A DNA stretch of 64,000 bases from an uncultured virus (IMG/VR IMGVR_UViG_3300032163_000924). Taxonomy: Duplodnaviria > Heunggongvirae > Uroviricota > Caudoviricetes. The translations under genes and the position numbers were made by a program. Of the stretch, positions 9,854 through 20,168 are shown piece after piece (within the stretch, counting starts at the first letter, position 1; every line of letters starts with the position of its first letter). The notes beneath the pieces are model-generated. The model was given only the letters and a program-made list of their open reading frames with translations, was not told the origin of the DNA and made no database searches. The stretch is from the IMG/VR virus record IMGVR_UViG_3300032163_000924; one strand, written 5' to 3'.

Positions 9854-10564
9854 ATGAAAACTTTTGGACTTAAAGATAAACGCATCTTACTGACCGGCGC
9901 CGATGGGTTTTTAGGAAATCATATAAGACGCGTATTAATAGAAGAGGGTGCTTATGTATTTTCCACTGACATCATAGCATCTCTTTCGGCCGAGCAACTT
10001 AATATATCTGATGGTTATTCTGTAAATAAGTATGTAGGACATTTAATAAAAAATAATATAAGATTAGATGGGCTAATAAATAACGCAGCATTGAGTTTTA
10101 AGGGTTTAGAAATAACAGAAGAGCAATTTGATAGGACTAATGCATCAAATATAAAGGGAACCCACAATATGATTACTAAATGTAAGTCAGTAATGAATAT
10201 TGGTGCAAGTATAGTTAATATAAGTAGTATATATGGCTCGAAGGTTCCGGATTTTTCTATTTATGAAGATGATGATAAGTGGTATAGTAATGTATCTTAT
10301 GGATCCAGTAAAGCAGCAATAGAATATATGACTAAGTATTTTGCTAAAGTATATGGCCCGGAGATGCGAGTTAATAGTGTAAGTCCTGGTGGTATATACA
10401 ATAATCATTTAGAAGATTTTGAAAAAAAATATTCCAAAAGAGTTGCGTTAGGAAGAATGGCCAATCCGGAAGAAATAGCAAATTCCATATTATTTTTATT
10501 ATCCAATCTATCGTCATATATTACTGGGCAAAACCTCAGTATAGATGGCGGATTTAATTTATAG
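9854..10564 (+). CDS. Short-chain dehydrogenase/reductase (PtmA-like)
   Basis: TGADGFLG, LINNAA, NISSIYG, YGSSK, RVNSVSPGG and ITGQNLSIDGG motifs. Confidence 0.85.
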   Translation: MKTFGLKDKRILLTGADGFLGNHIRRVLIEEGAYVFSTDIIASLSAEQLNISDGYSVNKYVGHLIKNNIRLDGLINNAALSFKGLEITEEQFDRTNASNIKGTHNMITKCKSVMNIGASIVNISSIYGSKVPDFSIYEDDDKWYSNVSYGSSKAAIEYMTKYFAKVYGPEMRVNSVSPGGIYNNHLEDFEKKYSKRVALGRMANPEEIANSILFLLSNLSSYITGQNLSIDGGFNL

Positions 10565-10569
10565 GTATT

Positions 10570-10833
10570 ATGATGGATAATATAACTAAATCACTTTACA
10601 TACTGTATACCAAATATCATTATGCTTGGGGCTATCCAATTTACGATACTGATATGAAAGATATGTATAAACAAATATGTTTTGAAAGCTCAAGTCCGCA
10701 ATATTTGGAAAAGATTATAGATGCGAGTATAAGTATGGCCATTACGGATGCTATAAAAAATCATTCTGTGAATGCCAACGAGTTATTCAATGTTAGTAAA
10801 GGCGTTAAGAATTTTATCAAGACGCATTCATAA
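10570..10833 (+). CDS. Small protein, KxxY N-terminal-motif family
   Basis: MDNITKSLYILY from ATG 10573. Confidence 0.6.
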   Translation: MMDNITKSLYILYTKYHYAWGYPIYDTDMKDMYKQICFESSSPQYLEKIIDASISMAITDAIKNHSVNANELFNVSKGVKNFIKTHS

Positions 10834-10842
10834 AGGAGAAAG

Positions 10843-11076
10843 ATGTTTAAAGTAATAGTGTGTTTGATATTAGGACATAAAAGACTTAATGTTGTGAAAA
10901 ATGATTATCATTCACCATTTGGCGTCGGTGTTAGGGGCGAAGAGGGTTATTATCCTGTTTGGCCATGTGACAGATGTAATGTAATGTATATAGAAAGGGC
11001 AAAAAAATATAATGATTTGACTAGTGGTGTTCGCGAAAGTAGTAATCCAAATATAACATTTTTGGATAAACTATGA
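10843..11076 (+). CDS. Small putative zinc-binding phage-type protein
   Basis: CLILGH...CDRC pattern; strong AAGGAG RBS. Confidence 0.6.
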   Translation: MFKVIVCLILGHKRLNVVKNDYHSPFGVGVRGEEGYYPVWPCDRCNVMYIERAKKYNDLTSGVRESSNPNITFLDKL

Positions 11077-11867
11077 AAACTTTTATCATAGCAGAGGCTG
11101 GGATTAATCACGGCGGAGATTTAAACAAGGCCCTATCTCTAATAGATGCGGCCAAAGTATCAGGTGCTGACGCGGTTAAATTTCAAACATATACGACAGA
11201 AAAAAGGGTTGCAAAAGATAATCCTGCTTGGGGAATATTAAAACAGTGCGAACTAACTTATGAACAACACAATCTATTAAAAGAACATGCCGATAAAGTA
11301 GGAATAGAATATTTTTCTACTCCTTTTGATTCGGATGCCCTAATGTTTCTGGTCAAGGATCTGGGCGTTAAGCGAATTAAAATAGCTTCTTTTGATGTTA
11401 CTAATACAAAGTTTTTAGATGAAGTAAATAGATATGCTGGATTGGATGTTATTATGTCAGTTGGTATGTCTAATATAAGTGAAATAGGAAATGCATTAAA
11501 ACACTTGATTAATAATAAAATAACACTATTGCATTGTAAATCTTCTTACCCATTGGAATTGAAAAATATTAATCTAGCAGCTATACAAAAACTCAAGCAA
11601 GCATTTTTCAAAGATGTTGGCTTTTCCGATCATACCAGATCAACAGAAGCCACTGCCCTAGCCGTTATAGCTGGCGCCTCTGTGATAGAAAAGCATTTTA
11701 CACTTGATTATAGTAATGGGGCGGTAGATAATCCAGTATCACTAGATCCTATTGATTTTAGAGTAATGGTTAAAAATATAAGGGCATTCGAAATTGTTAT
11801 GGGTGATGGGAATTTGAAATTAGAGCCCTGTGAAGAATCAACAAAGATATTTAGGAGATATTCGTGA
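11073..11867 (+). CDS. neuB: Nonulosonic acid synthase (NeuB/PseI family), no C-terminal SAF domain
   Basis: IIAEAGINHGG, ADAVKFQ, STPFD, KIAS, LLHCKSSYP, GFSDHT and IEKHFTLD motifs. Confidence 0.9.
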   Translation: MKTFIIAEAGINHGGDLNKALSLIDAAKVSGADAVKFQTYTTEKRVAKDNPAWGILKQCELTYEQHNLLKEHADKVGIEYFSTPFDSDALMFLVKDLGVKRIKIASFDVTNTKFLDEVNRYAGLDVIMSVGMSNISEIGNALKHLINNKITLLHCKSSYPLELKNINLAAIQKLKQAFFKDVGFSDHTRSTEATALAVIAGASVIEKHFTLDYSNGAVDNPVSLDPIDFRVMVKNIRAFEIVMGDGNLKLEPCEESTKIFRRYS

Positions 11868-12706
11868 AAATATCATTCTTCTTCGATTTCGGCCCGGTTA
11901 AAGAGATAGGAACTGGTCATAAATATCGTACAAAAGTAATATCAGAAGAATTAGTTAGGCGTCAGCACAAAACGGATATTATTTCTGATGGCACAATAAC
12001 CAATGATATAAATGTACTTATTATAGATCATATAAAATCACAAAAAAATCTAATACTACAAGCCAAAAGTGCAAATATCAAAATTGTCTTGATAGATGGC
12101 GCGGCAGAAGATGTGCCACTAGTTGACCTTAGCATTAGTGCGTTTATTAATGATGCCGCAACCTATAAGGGGGAAAAGTACATATGTATTCCAACTAATG
12201 ATACTTATTGGGACAAGTACAGCGTATCAAAAAAAAGTAATAATATATTTGTAGCAATGGGCGGATATGATTACAATAATTATGCCGAATTAATAATCAA
12301 GTCATTTCAGGATAGCGAATATAACCTAATAATAGCCAAAAGCATAAATCATCCTAATTACAAAGAAAAATACCCTCGCGTTGAAATGTTTGAGGAAGAA
12401 GATTACTATACAGCCATGAGAGAGTGCGTAATGGGCATAGTAAACGGAGGGCTGACACTTCTACAATGTCTATATTTCGGGCTTCCATGCATAGCCATTG
12501 CTCAGTATGAACACCAGAAAGACAATATAAACGCAGTACAGCATTGTTGCCTACCAACGGAACCAAATGAGACGGATATAAAACTTAAAGCAGAATGGTT
12601 TTTGAGTAATGAGTATTATAGAAATGACACAAGTAGAATATCAAGACATTTTGTAGATGGTAAAGGCGCAAAACGAATTTGCGATTTGATAGAGGGTTTA
12701 GGATGA
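11864..12706 (+). CDS. pseG: PseG/SpsG-like UDP-sugar hydrolase / GT-B protein
   Basis: IGTGHKYR, IFVAMGGYD, GGLT...GLP, HQ..N and VDGKGAKRI motifs. Confidence 0.7.
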   Translation: MKISFFFDFGPVKEIGTGHKYRTKVISEELVRRQHKTDIISDGTITNDINVLIIDHIKSQKNLILQAKSANIKIVLIDGAAEDVPLVDLSISAFINDAATYKGEKYICIPTNDTYWDKYSVSKKSNNIFVAMGGYDYNNYAELIIKSFQDSEYNLIIAKSINHPNYKEKYPRVEMFEEEDYYTAMRECVMGIVNGGLTLLQCLYFGLPCIAIAQYEHQKDNINAVQHCCLPTEPNETDIKLKAEWFLSNEYYRNDTSRISRHFVDGKGAKRICDLIEGLG

Positions 12707-13590
12707 GAATAGTATTGTTTGGCTGCCAACAAATAGCCAAAGATATCATAGACTTTATACTTACCACTGAACATGATCTGGTATATGTAATAGAGCACGA
12801 TGAAGAACGAGATAGGATATTTGGGGAGTTGGTAGGAGAGCATTGCCGCGATATTGGAATCTCAACTATTAGATTTACCGGCAAAATAGATGCCGACTTC
12901 ATAAGACAATTAGAACCAGAAATAATATTTAGTATCTATTATAGGAAAATATTATCGCCAGAAGTTATCACAATACCTCGTCTGGGATGTATTAATGTTC
13001 ATCCGGGATTACTGCCCAAATTTAGGGGCTGCAATCCTACTTATTGGAATATAATAAATGCTGAAAAATATGCTGGCTCGACAATGCACTATATGACTAA
13101 TGAGATAGATAATGGAAATATTATAGCGCAAAAAGTTATTGATATAGGTGATAGAAATGGATTCGAACTAAATAGAGATATAATGAAACTTGGCGTAAGT
13201 TTATTTAAAGAAACATTTACAGATATTGTTAGTGAAAAAAATAAGTCCATTAAACAGGATGATGGTATATCTACTTACTTTGGCCCGTACAGATCCGCAT
13301 TTAAATATATAAACTGGAATGATACAGCGGAAAAAATAATATGTCATATAAGAGCGCATCATATTCCATATGAAGGCTCTATGACATGCAATAAAAGTGT
13401 TAGTATTAGAATAGATAATGCGTATGTATCAAATGCCATTCGGGGCGGAAAACCGGCCGGATATTTTTATAAGCAAGATAATAATATTGTTATTCAAACT
13501 AACACTGCACCATTAATAGTGGAAAAGTATGTTGTAATAAGTGGAAAGATGAAAGATGTCGGAATTTTTATAAGTGGGATCCCAGAGTAA
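12703..13590 (+). CDS. Formyltransferase (Fmt fold, probably nucleotide-sugar N-formyltransferase)
   Basis: INVHPGLLPKFRG, HYMTNEIDNGNII and C-terminal INW motifs; sugar-pathway context. Confidence 0.8.
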   Translation: MRIVLFGCQQIAKDIIDFILTTEHDLVYVIEHDEERDRIFGELVGEHCRDIGISTIRFTGKIDADFIRQLEPEIIFSIYYRKILSPEVITIPRLGCINVHPGLLPKFRGCNPTYWNIINAEKYAGSTMHYMTNEIDNGNIIAQKVIDIGDRNGFELNRDIMKLGVSLFKETFTDIVSEKNKSIKQDDGISTYFGPYRSAFKYINWNDTAEKIICHIRAHHIPYEGSMTCNKSVSIRIDNAYVSNAIRGGKPAGYFYKQDNNIVIQTNTAPLIVEKYVVISGKMKDVGIFISGIPE

Positions 13591-13653
13591 CAAAATGGTA
13601 CGGCAAAAGTGTATAAGATGTATATGAAGATTTATTTCTGGAGAGTACCATGA

Positions 13654-13875
13654 ATGCCACAATTGAAGTTAATGTATAATAAGATTTTAAAAGATCAATC
13701 AACTATAAAGACAGTGATCCAAGGTAGTTATGATCTTGCTAGTGATAAAGACTCGATATTCGTGTTTTTGGACTGGTGGAAATATAACGAGACCTACGTA
13801 ATAAAATTTAAAAAAAATAGATTAGTACAAGTAATGAAAGATGGCAAATCGGATTGGAAGGAATATATGTTATGA
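13654..13875 (+). CDS. Small protein, near-match to KxxY family
   Basis: MPQLKLMYNKIL; GGAG upstream. Confidence 0.5.
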   Translation: MPQLKLMYNKILKDQSTIKTVIQGSYDLASDKDSIFVFLDWWKYNETYVIKFKKNRLVQVMKDGKSDWKEYML

Positions 13876-13885
13876 TGGAGGAAAG

Positions 13886-14815
13886 ATGAGTGAAAAATAT
13901 ACGTATGATCATATAAAGAACTCATTACGCAGTAATGGATTTCTCCTGCTTTCAAAAAAATATTATCGAGTAAAAGAAAAATTGCATGTACAATGTTTGA
14001 TTTGCTCTTACAAATATCATACCAGATTCGATATAATAGCTTCCGGATCTAAATGCCCAAATTGTGTTGGCACAAGAAGACTTACAGGTAGAGAGATAAA
14101 ATCGTTAATATCAAAAAGAAATGGAATATTATTATCTAAATGGGAAAATTCACATGTTAAAATCAAAATAAAATGTTTAAAATGTGATCATATATGGGAT
14201 ACATATTTATCAAGCATTAGATCGGGTTCTTGGTGTTCAAACTGTCACTTTAACAGTATAAGGAATAGTTTGCAGTATGTACAAGATCATATAAAAACCA
14301 AGAATGGAAGCTTGTTATCTACGAGTTACAAGAATAACTCGCAAAAATTGGAGATATTATGTAATGATTGCGACAATACATTTAAAATGACTTTTTCAAA
14401 TATAGTGGGCGGTAAGTGGTGCGCATTATGCAAAAATAAAACACAAAAATATTTATTTAGTTTGTTAAAAGAAATATTCAATATGCCAGTGGAATATAAC
14501 TATAAAGGATTCGAGTGGTTAAGGACAAATGGAAAATACATTCAAGAAATAGATATTTGGGTGCCAGATTTAAAGTTAGCAATAGAATATGATGGAGAAC
14601 AACATTTTATACCAGTTTGTTTTGGTGGTATAAGTAAGAAAGAAGCAAAAGAAAATCTTAAAGATACAAAGCGGTTAGACAAGATAAAAAATAAAAAAAT
14701 AAAGGAACGCCCAGAAGATATACAGTACTTTATTAGATTTAACTATAAAGAAGCGCGCAAGCTAAATAAAGAATATATAATGGAAAGGTTAAAAATAGGA
14801 GGAGTTGTGTTGTGA
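13886..14815 (+). CDS. Free-standing endonuclease: zinc-ribbon repeats plus C-terminal Vsr/PD-(D/E)xK-like domain
   Basis: Three G.LLS...CxxC...CxxC repeats; EIDIWVPDLKLAIEYDGEQHF nuclease motif; GGAGG RBS before ATG 13886. Confidence 0.8.
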   Translation: MSEKYTYDHIKNSLRSNGFLLLSKKYYRVKEKLHVQCLICSYKYHTRFDIIASGSKCPNCVGTRRLTGREIKSLISKRNGILLSKWENSHVKIKIKCLKCDHIWDTYLSSIRSGSWCSNCHFNSIRNSLQYVQDHIKTKNGSLLSTSYKNNSQKLEILCNDCDNTFKMTFSNIVGGKWCALCKNKTQKYLFSLLKEIFNMPVEYNYKGFEWLRTNGKYIQEIDIWVPDLKLAIEYDGEQHFIPVCFGGISKKEAKENLKDTKRLDKIKNKKIKERPEDIQYFIRFNYKEARKLNKEYIMERLKIGGVVL

Positions 14816-15525
14816 TAGTTGTAATAATTCAGGCCAGAACAAAAAGCTCTCGTTTTCCGCGTAAGATATATGAGGATATCAATGGCAAATATACTTTACA
14901 GCGTGTACTAGAAGGCGTCACCAAGGCTCAAATTCCTCATAAAATAATTTTGGTTGTACCGCAATATGATCAGCAAGAATTTTTTGAACGACAAGAAAAT
15001 GGAGATTTTGCTAAATATACAGATAAGCGGTTTTCTACTTATTTTGGTAGTGCAGATGATTTGGTAGATAGATATTTTCAAGCTGCGCGTTTAAATTGTG
15101 CGGATCTGATAGTGCGAATTACAGCTGATTGCCCACTATCTCAAGGTAAACTCATAGATGAAATGCTTTGCGAATATTGGAAGAACGGCTATAATGGGTT
15201 TATGGGTAATAATCCTTTAGTTTCTGATGTTCCCTATCCAGATGGAGTTGATATAGAAATATTTCCGTATTGGATGCTTGCAGAGACTTGGCAACTAACG
15301 CAAGATCCATATAATCGAGAGCATGTCACTCCATTTATGTATCGTAGAGGAACTCAATACAAAATACATCCTTTTCGCAACAATAGACCCAACACTATGA
15401 TTTCTACCCGTTTCCCAGATTTTTCCTTTGATACACCTGAAGATTTAGTACTGATTAAAAAGATTTGTACACAGTATGATCAGCACGAAAATCTCGATAA
15501 AGCCATAAAGGAAACGGTATTATGA
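14812..15525 (+). CDS. spsF: Cytidylyltransferase (SpsF/PseF family)
   Basis: IIQARTKSSRFPRK, GSADDLVDRY, VRITADCP, REHVTPF and DTPED motifs. Confidence 0.85.
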   Translation: MIVVIIQARTKSSRFPRKIYEDINGKYTLQRVLEGVTKAQIPHKIILVVPQYDQQEFFERQENGDFAKYTDKRFSTYFGSADDLVDRYFQAARLNCADLIVRITADCPLSQGKLIDEMLCEYWKNGYNGFMGNNPLVSDVPYPDGVDIEIFPYWMLAETWQLTQDPYNREHVTPFMYRRGTQYKIHPFRNNRPNTMISTRFPDFSFDTPEDLVLIKKICTQYDQHENLDKAIKETVL

Positions 15526-15710
15526 ATGATTATGTTAAAATATTATATTGCCATATTCTTACTAGTGGTATAGAAATATTAGATTACAATAAATGCGAAA
15601 AATATATAGATTTGACTATTAGAACTATACAAAAGTTTGATGACGATAGTATTGAAAGAGAGTATCCATTTGAAATATACTTACAACAAAACATAAGACT
15701 TGAACAATGA
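15522..15710 (+). CDS. Small protein, KxxY N-terminal-motif family
   Basis: MNDYVKILYCHIL; ATGA overlaps on both sides. Confidence 0.6.
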   Translation: MNDYVKILYCHILTSGIEILDYNKCEKYIDLTIRTIQKFDDDSIEREYPFEIYLQQNIRLEQ

Positions 15711-16276
15711 TTAAATATCTAGAAGGTCAAAAAGTTAAACTAGCGAAATTTACGGATCATTATATAACGGCCAACTATATCAAATGGCTAAACGATCCGG
15801 AAGTAAATAGATATCTAAATACTGGTAGATTTCCTGTAGCAAAATCTAATATATTTGCGCCAGACGATGATAAAAATATGATGTTTGCGGTAATGTCCAA
15901 TTTAGGAGTAAATAGTGGTGGCGGTCTTTGGCAGGATACGGAATTTGTTCATTATATAGGCACATGTTCTTTGCACGATATAGATTGGATAGTCCGGAAA
16001 GCAGAGATTGGATACATGCTAGGGGAAAAAACGCATTGGAAAGCCGGCATAGGCTCAGAGGTTGTTAGCTTATTATCTGATTATGCTTTTAATAGACTTA
16101 ACTTAAATAAATTAACAGCGGGTGCTGTAGAGGTTAATATGGGTTCAATTAAAGCACTCGAAAAGAATGGTTTCAAACAATTCGCGATATTGGAACAAGA
16201 ATACTATCTAGATGGCAAATATATGAATACTCGCAGATTTCATAATTTTCAAAGTTGGTATAAGGAACAACTATGA
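15707..16276 (+). CDS. GNAT N-acetyltransferase (RimL/PseH-like)
   Basis: WLNDPEV, AEIGYMLGEK.HWKAGIG and N.GSIKALEKNGF motifs. Confidence 0.85.
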   Translation: MIKYLEGQKVKLAKFTDHYITANYIKWLNDPEVNRYLNTGRFPVAKSNIFAPDDDKNMMFAVMSNLGVNSGGGLWQDTEFVHYIGTCSLHDIDWIVRKAEIGYMLGEKTHWKAGIGSEVVSLLSDYAFNRLNLNKLTAGAVEVNMGSIKALEKNGFKQFAILEQEYYLDGKYMNTRRFHNFQSWYKEQL

Positions 16277-17544
16277 CAAATACAAAAGCAAAAGATATAT
16301 TAAATAGATCGCTAAAATATATAATCAATTCAAGCCAAACTATGAGTAAAAGTTTTATGATGTGGCCATTACACGATACCTTTCCTATTTATGCCGAATC
16401 ATTAGATGGATGTGAGATGACCTCTGTTGATGGCGAAGTATTTATAGATACAATGGGCGGATTGGGTAGTAACTTTTTGCCCGGTTCTGTTGTCAAAAGG
16501 GCTATAAAAGAGCAATTGGACAAGGGTACAAATTTCAGCCTCCCATCTGCTTTGGAAACTGAATTGGCAGAGCTGTGGATTAAAATATTTTACGGTATGA
16601 ATATGGTTAAGTTTTGCAAGAATGGTTCGGATGCTACCAGCGTTGCTATAAGAGCAGCACGACATCGCACTAAAAAAGATTACATACTTATGGTAAAAAC
16701 AGGATACCATGGATGGGCAAGTGATTTCTCTGCCGTATCTGAAAGAAACTATGGTATTCCGATTGCGTATAGACAATATGTGGAAAAGATAGACTATAAT
16801 AACTTGACGCAATTAGAGGATAAACTAAAAACAGGAAGATTTGCGGCCTTTATAGTTGAGCCAGTATCTCTTGAAGAGCCTAATATTAATTATCTTGAAG
16901 GTGTTAGAGAACTATGCGCTAAATACAACGCGATATTAATATTTGATGAGCTGATAACTGGCATGCGTTTTGCTGCTGGTGGATGCGCCGAAAAATATAA
17001 TGTGTGGCCAGATATCATTACTGTTGGTAAGGCGGTAGGATCTGGCGTTTCTTTGGCCGGTGTTTTATTTAAAGATTATTTGAAAGATGCATTTACAGAT
17101 ATATTTTTTTCTGGCACTTATTTTGGCACTTGTTTGGAGTTGGCATCTGGAGTTGCTACAGCCAAGTATATATTGGAACATAAAAATAAAATATACCCAT
17201 ATGTGTGGAAAAAGGGCAATAAGTTTATAAGAAGTTTTAATAGTAAGTGTAAGGAACTAAAGATTGATGCTCATACAGTTGGGATGGCACCGAGAATAAA
17301 TCTAAAATTTAATGGCGATGATCCAGTAGGTAAAAGGGATTTATATCATATAGAAATGATGAAACGAGGAATATTTATAGGTATTCAAATATACATAACA
17401 CCTTGCCACAAACCAAGACATGTGGATCAGATTATTCAGGCCAGCAATGAAAGTCTTGAAGTAGTAGCACAGGCTATTATGGAGAGTAGCATAGATCAGC
17501 GTTTAGGCGGTCAAAGATCAATGACTATATTTAAGAGACAGTAA
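16273..17544 (+). CDS. Class III PLP aminotransferase (GSA-mutase/KdnA-like)
   Basis: KNGSDAT, YHGW, LIFDELITGMR, DIITVGKAVG and SGTYFG motifs. Confidence 0.85.
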   Translation: MTNTKAKDILNRSLKYIINSSQTMSKSFMMWPLHDTFPIYAESLDGCEMTSVDGEVFIDTMGGLGSNFLPGSVVKRAIKEQLDKGTNFSLPSALETELAELWIKIFYGMNMVKFCKNGSDATSVAIRAARHRTKKDYILMVKTGYHGWASDFSAVSERNYGIPIAYRQYVEKIDYNNLTQLEDKLKTGRFAAFIVEPVSLEEPNINYLEGVRELCAKYNAILIFDELITGMRFAAGGCAEKYNVWPDIITVGKAVGSGVSLAGVLFKDYLKDAFTDIFFSGTYFGTCLELASGVATAKYILEHKNKIYPYVWKKGNKFIRSFNSKCKELKIDAHTVGMAPRINLKFNGDDPVGKRDLYHIEMMKRGIFIGIQIYITPCHKPRHVDQIIQASNESLEVVAQAIMESSIDQRLGGQRSMTIFKRQ

Positions 17545-17615
17545 ATCCGTGTAATGTATAAGTATTTTATCTAATAATATATTCTTCTATTTGTATGGTG
17601 AGAGGTTTACACAAA

Positions 17616-18692
17616 ATGAATAAAGGTATGATTTTGGATCCACGAACTTTGCAAATAGATATAATCACATCACCAAGTTGGAATCCTAATAGTGTTGGCT
17701 TGGAGATTGATTTACTTGATGCGTCCCAAGTAATGCATGGTGATATCCATAAAGATTATAATTTCGTAATAGCCACGGAAGTATGGGAAATACCAATGCG
17801 CAAAACACTAAAATATCTACGTAGCAAAGGATTAAAAGTATTTTTTGTTCCACGAGAGCCCTTTAAAACCGAAATACTTAAAGCCACTATGTTCTCCTAC
17901 AATAAGTTCTTATATGAAAATGAGTATTATTTTAAACCAGATTTATTATTAGCACCAGGTGAGGCTTATGCGGCTTTTTGGAGTTCAGCTTCTCCCACGG
18001 TTATTACAGGCTATCCACGTTTTGACTCTTGGCACGATTTAAAATTGGACCGAAAGGAAATCAAGAAAGACTATGGATTGGAAAAAGATCGACGTCTCAT
18101 TTTTTTCCCTTCATATCCGCCGCTACACTATAAAAGAGTTGGGCAAGAAGATACTTTTGTAGATCTTTATGACGAACAAGAAGCTACTCTTAAAGCGTTG
18201 GAAGATTTTACTGTGGCTAATTCAGAATACCAAGCAGTTATTAAAGTTCATCCAGTTGCTTGGAAATCGCATTTGAAGGGCAAAGGTATTAAAGGTTCAG
18301 TAGCGGGTAGAATGAAAAAATATTTAGATCATCCCACACCATCTATGAAAGTTATAGGAGATGATCGTTTTTCGGGTTTAATAGCAAAAGAGTTATTATT
18401 CGCGGCTGATTTGGTAGTTGGCTTTACCTCTACTATGCTATTGGAAGCTGGCATTATTCATAGGCCCTCTATTCACTTGCTATTTGGAAATACTGCAGAG
18501 TTGGAGGGAATACCAGAATATGCCAAATATTTGCCAACTGCTCGAACAGCCGAAGAATTGAGTGATTGTATATTGGCTAGTAAGACGGGTATTGTGCCTC
18601 AAGACTATATTGAGTATTATTTAGGACCACAAGACGGTAAGGCAGGAGAACGCATTTTAGGAGAAATAAAAAAATATCTAGAAGGCAAATAA
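17616..18692 (+). CDS. GT-B carbohydrate transferase (TagF/surface-polysaccharide-like)
   Basis: ITGYPRFD, IKVHP, ADLVVGFTSTMLLEA and DGKAGERI motifs. Confidence 0.65.
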   Translation: MNKGMILDPRTLQIDIITSPSWNPNSVGLEIDLLDASQVMHGDIHKDYNFVIATEVWEIPMRKTLKYLRSKGLKVFFVPREPFKTEILKATMFSYNKFLYENEYYFKPDLLLAPGEAYAAFWSSASPTVITGYPRFDSWHDLKLDRKEIKKDYGLEKDRRLIFFPSYPPLHYKRVGQEDTFVDLYDEQEATLKALEDFTVANSEYQAVIKVHPVAWKSHLKGKGIKGSVAGRMKKYLDHPTPSMKVIGDDRFSGLIAKELLFAADLVVGFTSTMLLEAGIIHRPSIHLLFGNTAELEGIPEYAKYLPTARTAEELSDCILASKTGIVPQDYIEYYLGPQDGKAGERILGEIKKYLEGK

Positions 18693-18698
18693 GAGAAT

Positions 18699-18884
18699 AT
18701 GCAATACGATAATAAGTTTGGTATAATAGTAATAAATCTATTATATCGTGCTGTATTTCAAGAGGAAAGGAAGGATTGTACAAGAACTATGAAACAACTT
18801 ATAGAGAGTTATGGAATGATTAATGATTTAGGCGCACAACTAGTAATGGCGCAAGTAGATTATTGGCAAGAGAAATACAAATGA
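18699..18884 (+). CDS. Small protein, near-match to KxxY family
   Basis: IVINLLYRAVF near N-terminus; coupled to next small ORF. Confidence 0.45.
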   Translation: MQYDNKFGIIVINLLYRAVFQEERKDCTRTMKQLIESYGMINDLGAQLVMAQVDYWQEKYK

Positions 18885-19072
18885 AAGAGGAAACAAAAAT
18901 ATTATACACTCTTATCTTTTTTATAGAAAGCTCTGACGAACGTAGAACAATGCCTTATGATAAAAAAATAACTTTGATGAAATCTATATTAAGATTAGCT
19001 AAATGTAAAATTAAAAATTATGCTTTTATAGATAAATACAATGCAACCAAGAATACTATATGTAATAACTAG
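18881..19072 (+). CDS. Small protein, KxxY N-terminal-motif family
   Basis: MKEETKILYTLIF from ATG 18881, overlapping upstream TGA. Confidence 0.6.
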   Translation: MKEETKILYTLIFFIESSDERRTMPYDKKITLMKSILRLAKCKIKNYAFIDKYNATKNTICNN

Positions 19073-20168
19073 TCCAGCCCATAAAAGAGTGTTTGAATCT
19101 TTTGTTGAGCGAGATGATATGGAACAGATGATTATAGGCCCATCTCCCACAAAATCACATTTTGTTCCAGAGGATTATACTGATTTTAAATTAAAAAATA
19201 TTCATTATTACCAAAAAGATCCAGAAAAAGAAATAGCAAGTTTAATAATCAAATTTAAACCAGATATTTATGTTCAACCAGATCTTACTGCTATACACAA
19301 AAAGTTTAAAGTGCCCAAAAAAGTATATGTAAGTCATGGTATGATTGGCAATCATGTAAAGGGTATTATAAAACAGGCCGGTTTTAATACTTCTGTTTGG
19401 AACGGATTAGATTTATATTGTGGTGCTACTACTATATTTGCTAATTGGGTTAAGCATGTGGCAAAAGTAGCGGATGACAAAATACTACTGAATGCTTTAC
19501 CACAATTAGATATCTTGTACGATTCTAATTATTATAATTCTTATCGTCAAAAAATATTAGTACAAATTAAGAAACCAAATGCTAAAAAAGTAATTCTGTT
19601 CATCGGCTTTGGTTGTAAAGATCGTGTAGATTTTAAAGATCATAATGAAGATTATTTTAGAACGGCCATAGAATTAGGTAAAATAGCAAGACAAAATAAT
19701 TGGTTAGTTATGATTAAACCTAGACAGGAGCATAAAGAAATAATAAAATTTTTACAGCAACAACCATGGCGCGGTAAATACGAAATGGATTATCATAAAC
19801 TACATCTTAATCCAAATGTTCATTTTATAGGTCCAGCAGCAGCACATATCTACCGTTATTATTTTGCTGACGCTTTTGTTATGAATGGTTGTTCTACTGC
19901 GGAAGTTGAAGTATGTGCTATACAAAAGCCTTTGTTCATAGTAAGGACAAGTTTAAAATCTGATTATGATCCATATAATACTATAACTTCTGGAGCGGCA
20001 ATGTTAATTACAGATATATCAGAATTAGAACATGATTTATTAGAATATTTTAATAATGGCAAATTTTATTGGCCAGAAAAGCAAGTACAACTCATCAAAC
20101 AAATGGGTATTGTTTTTGATGGTAGAATGCACGAAAGAATTCAAAATAGATTGAGGATGTTATTATAA
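19041..20168 (+). CDS. GT-B carbohydrate transferase (TagF-like)
   Basis: YVSHG, LPQLD, MIKPR, ADAFVMNGCSTAEVE and DGRMHERI; same scaffold as 17616-18692. Confidence 0.6.
   Translation: MQPRILYVITSPAHKRVFESFVERDDMEQMIIGPSPTKSHFVPEDYTDFKLKNIHYYQKDPEKEIASLIIKFKPDIYVQPDLTAIHKKFKVPKKVYVSHGMIGNHVKGIIKQAGFNTSVWNGLDLYCGATTIFANWVKHVAKVADDKILLNALPQLDILYDSNYYNSYRQKILVQIKKPNAKKVILFIGFGCKDRVDFKDHNEDYFRTAIELGKIARQNNWLVMIKPRQEHKEIIKFLQQQPWRGKYEMDYHKLHLNPNVHFIGPAAAHIYRYYFADAFVMNGCSTAEVEVCAIQKPLFIVRTSLKSDYDPYNTITSGAAMLITDISELEHDLLEYFNNGKFYWPEKQVQLIKQMGIVFDGRMHERIQNRLRMLL

Noticed and set aside
12703..17544. Housekeeping calls fmt (12703) and hemL (16273)
   Set aside because: Folds match, but the nucleotide-sugar context favours sugar formyltransferase and aminotransferase roles, so those symbols were withheld.
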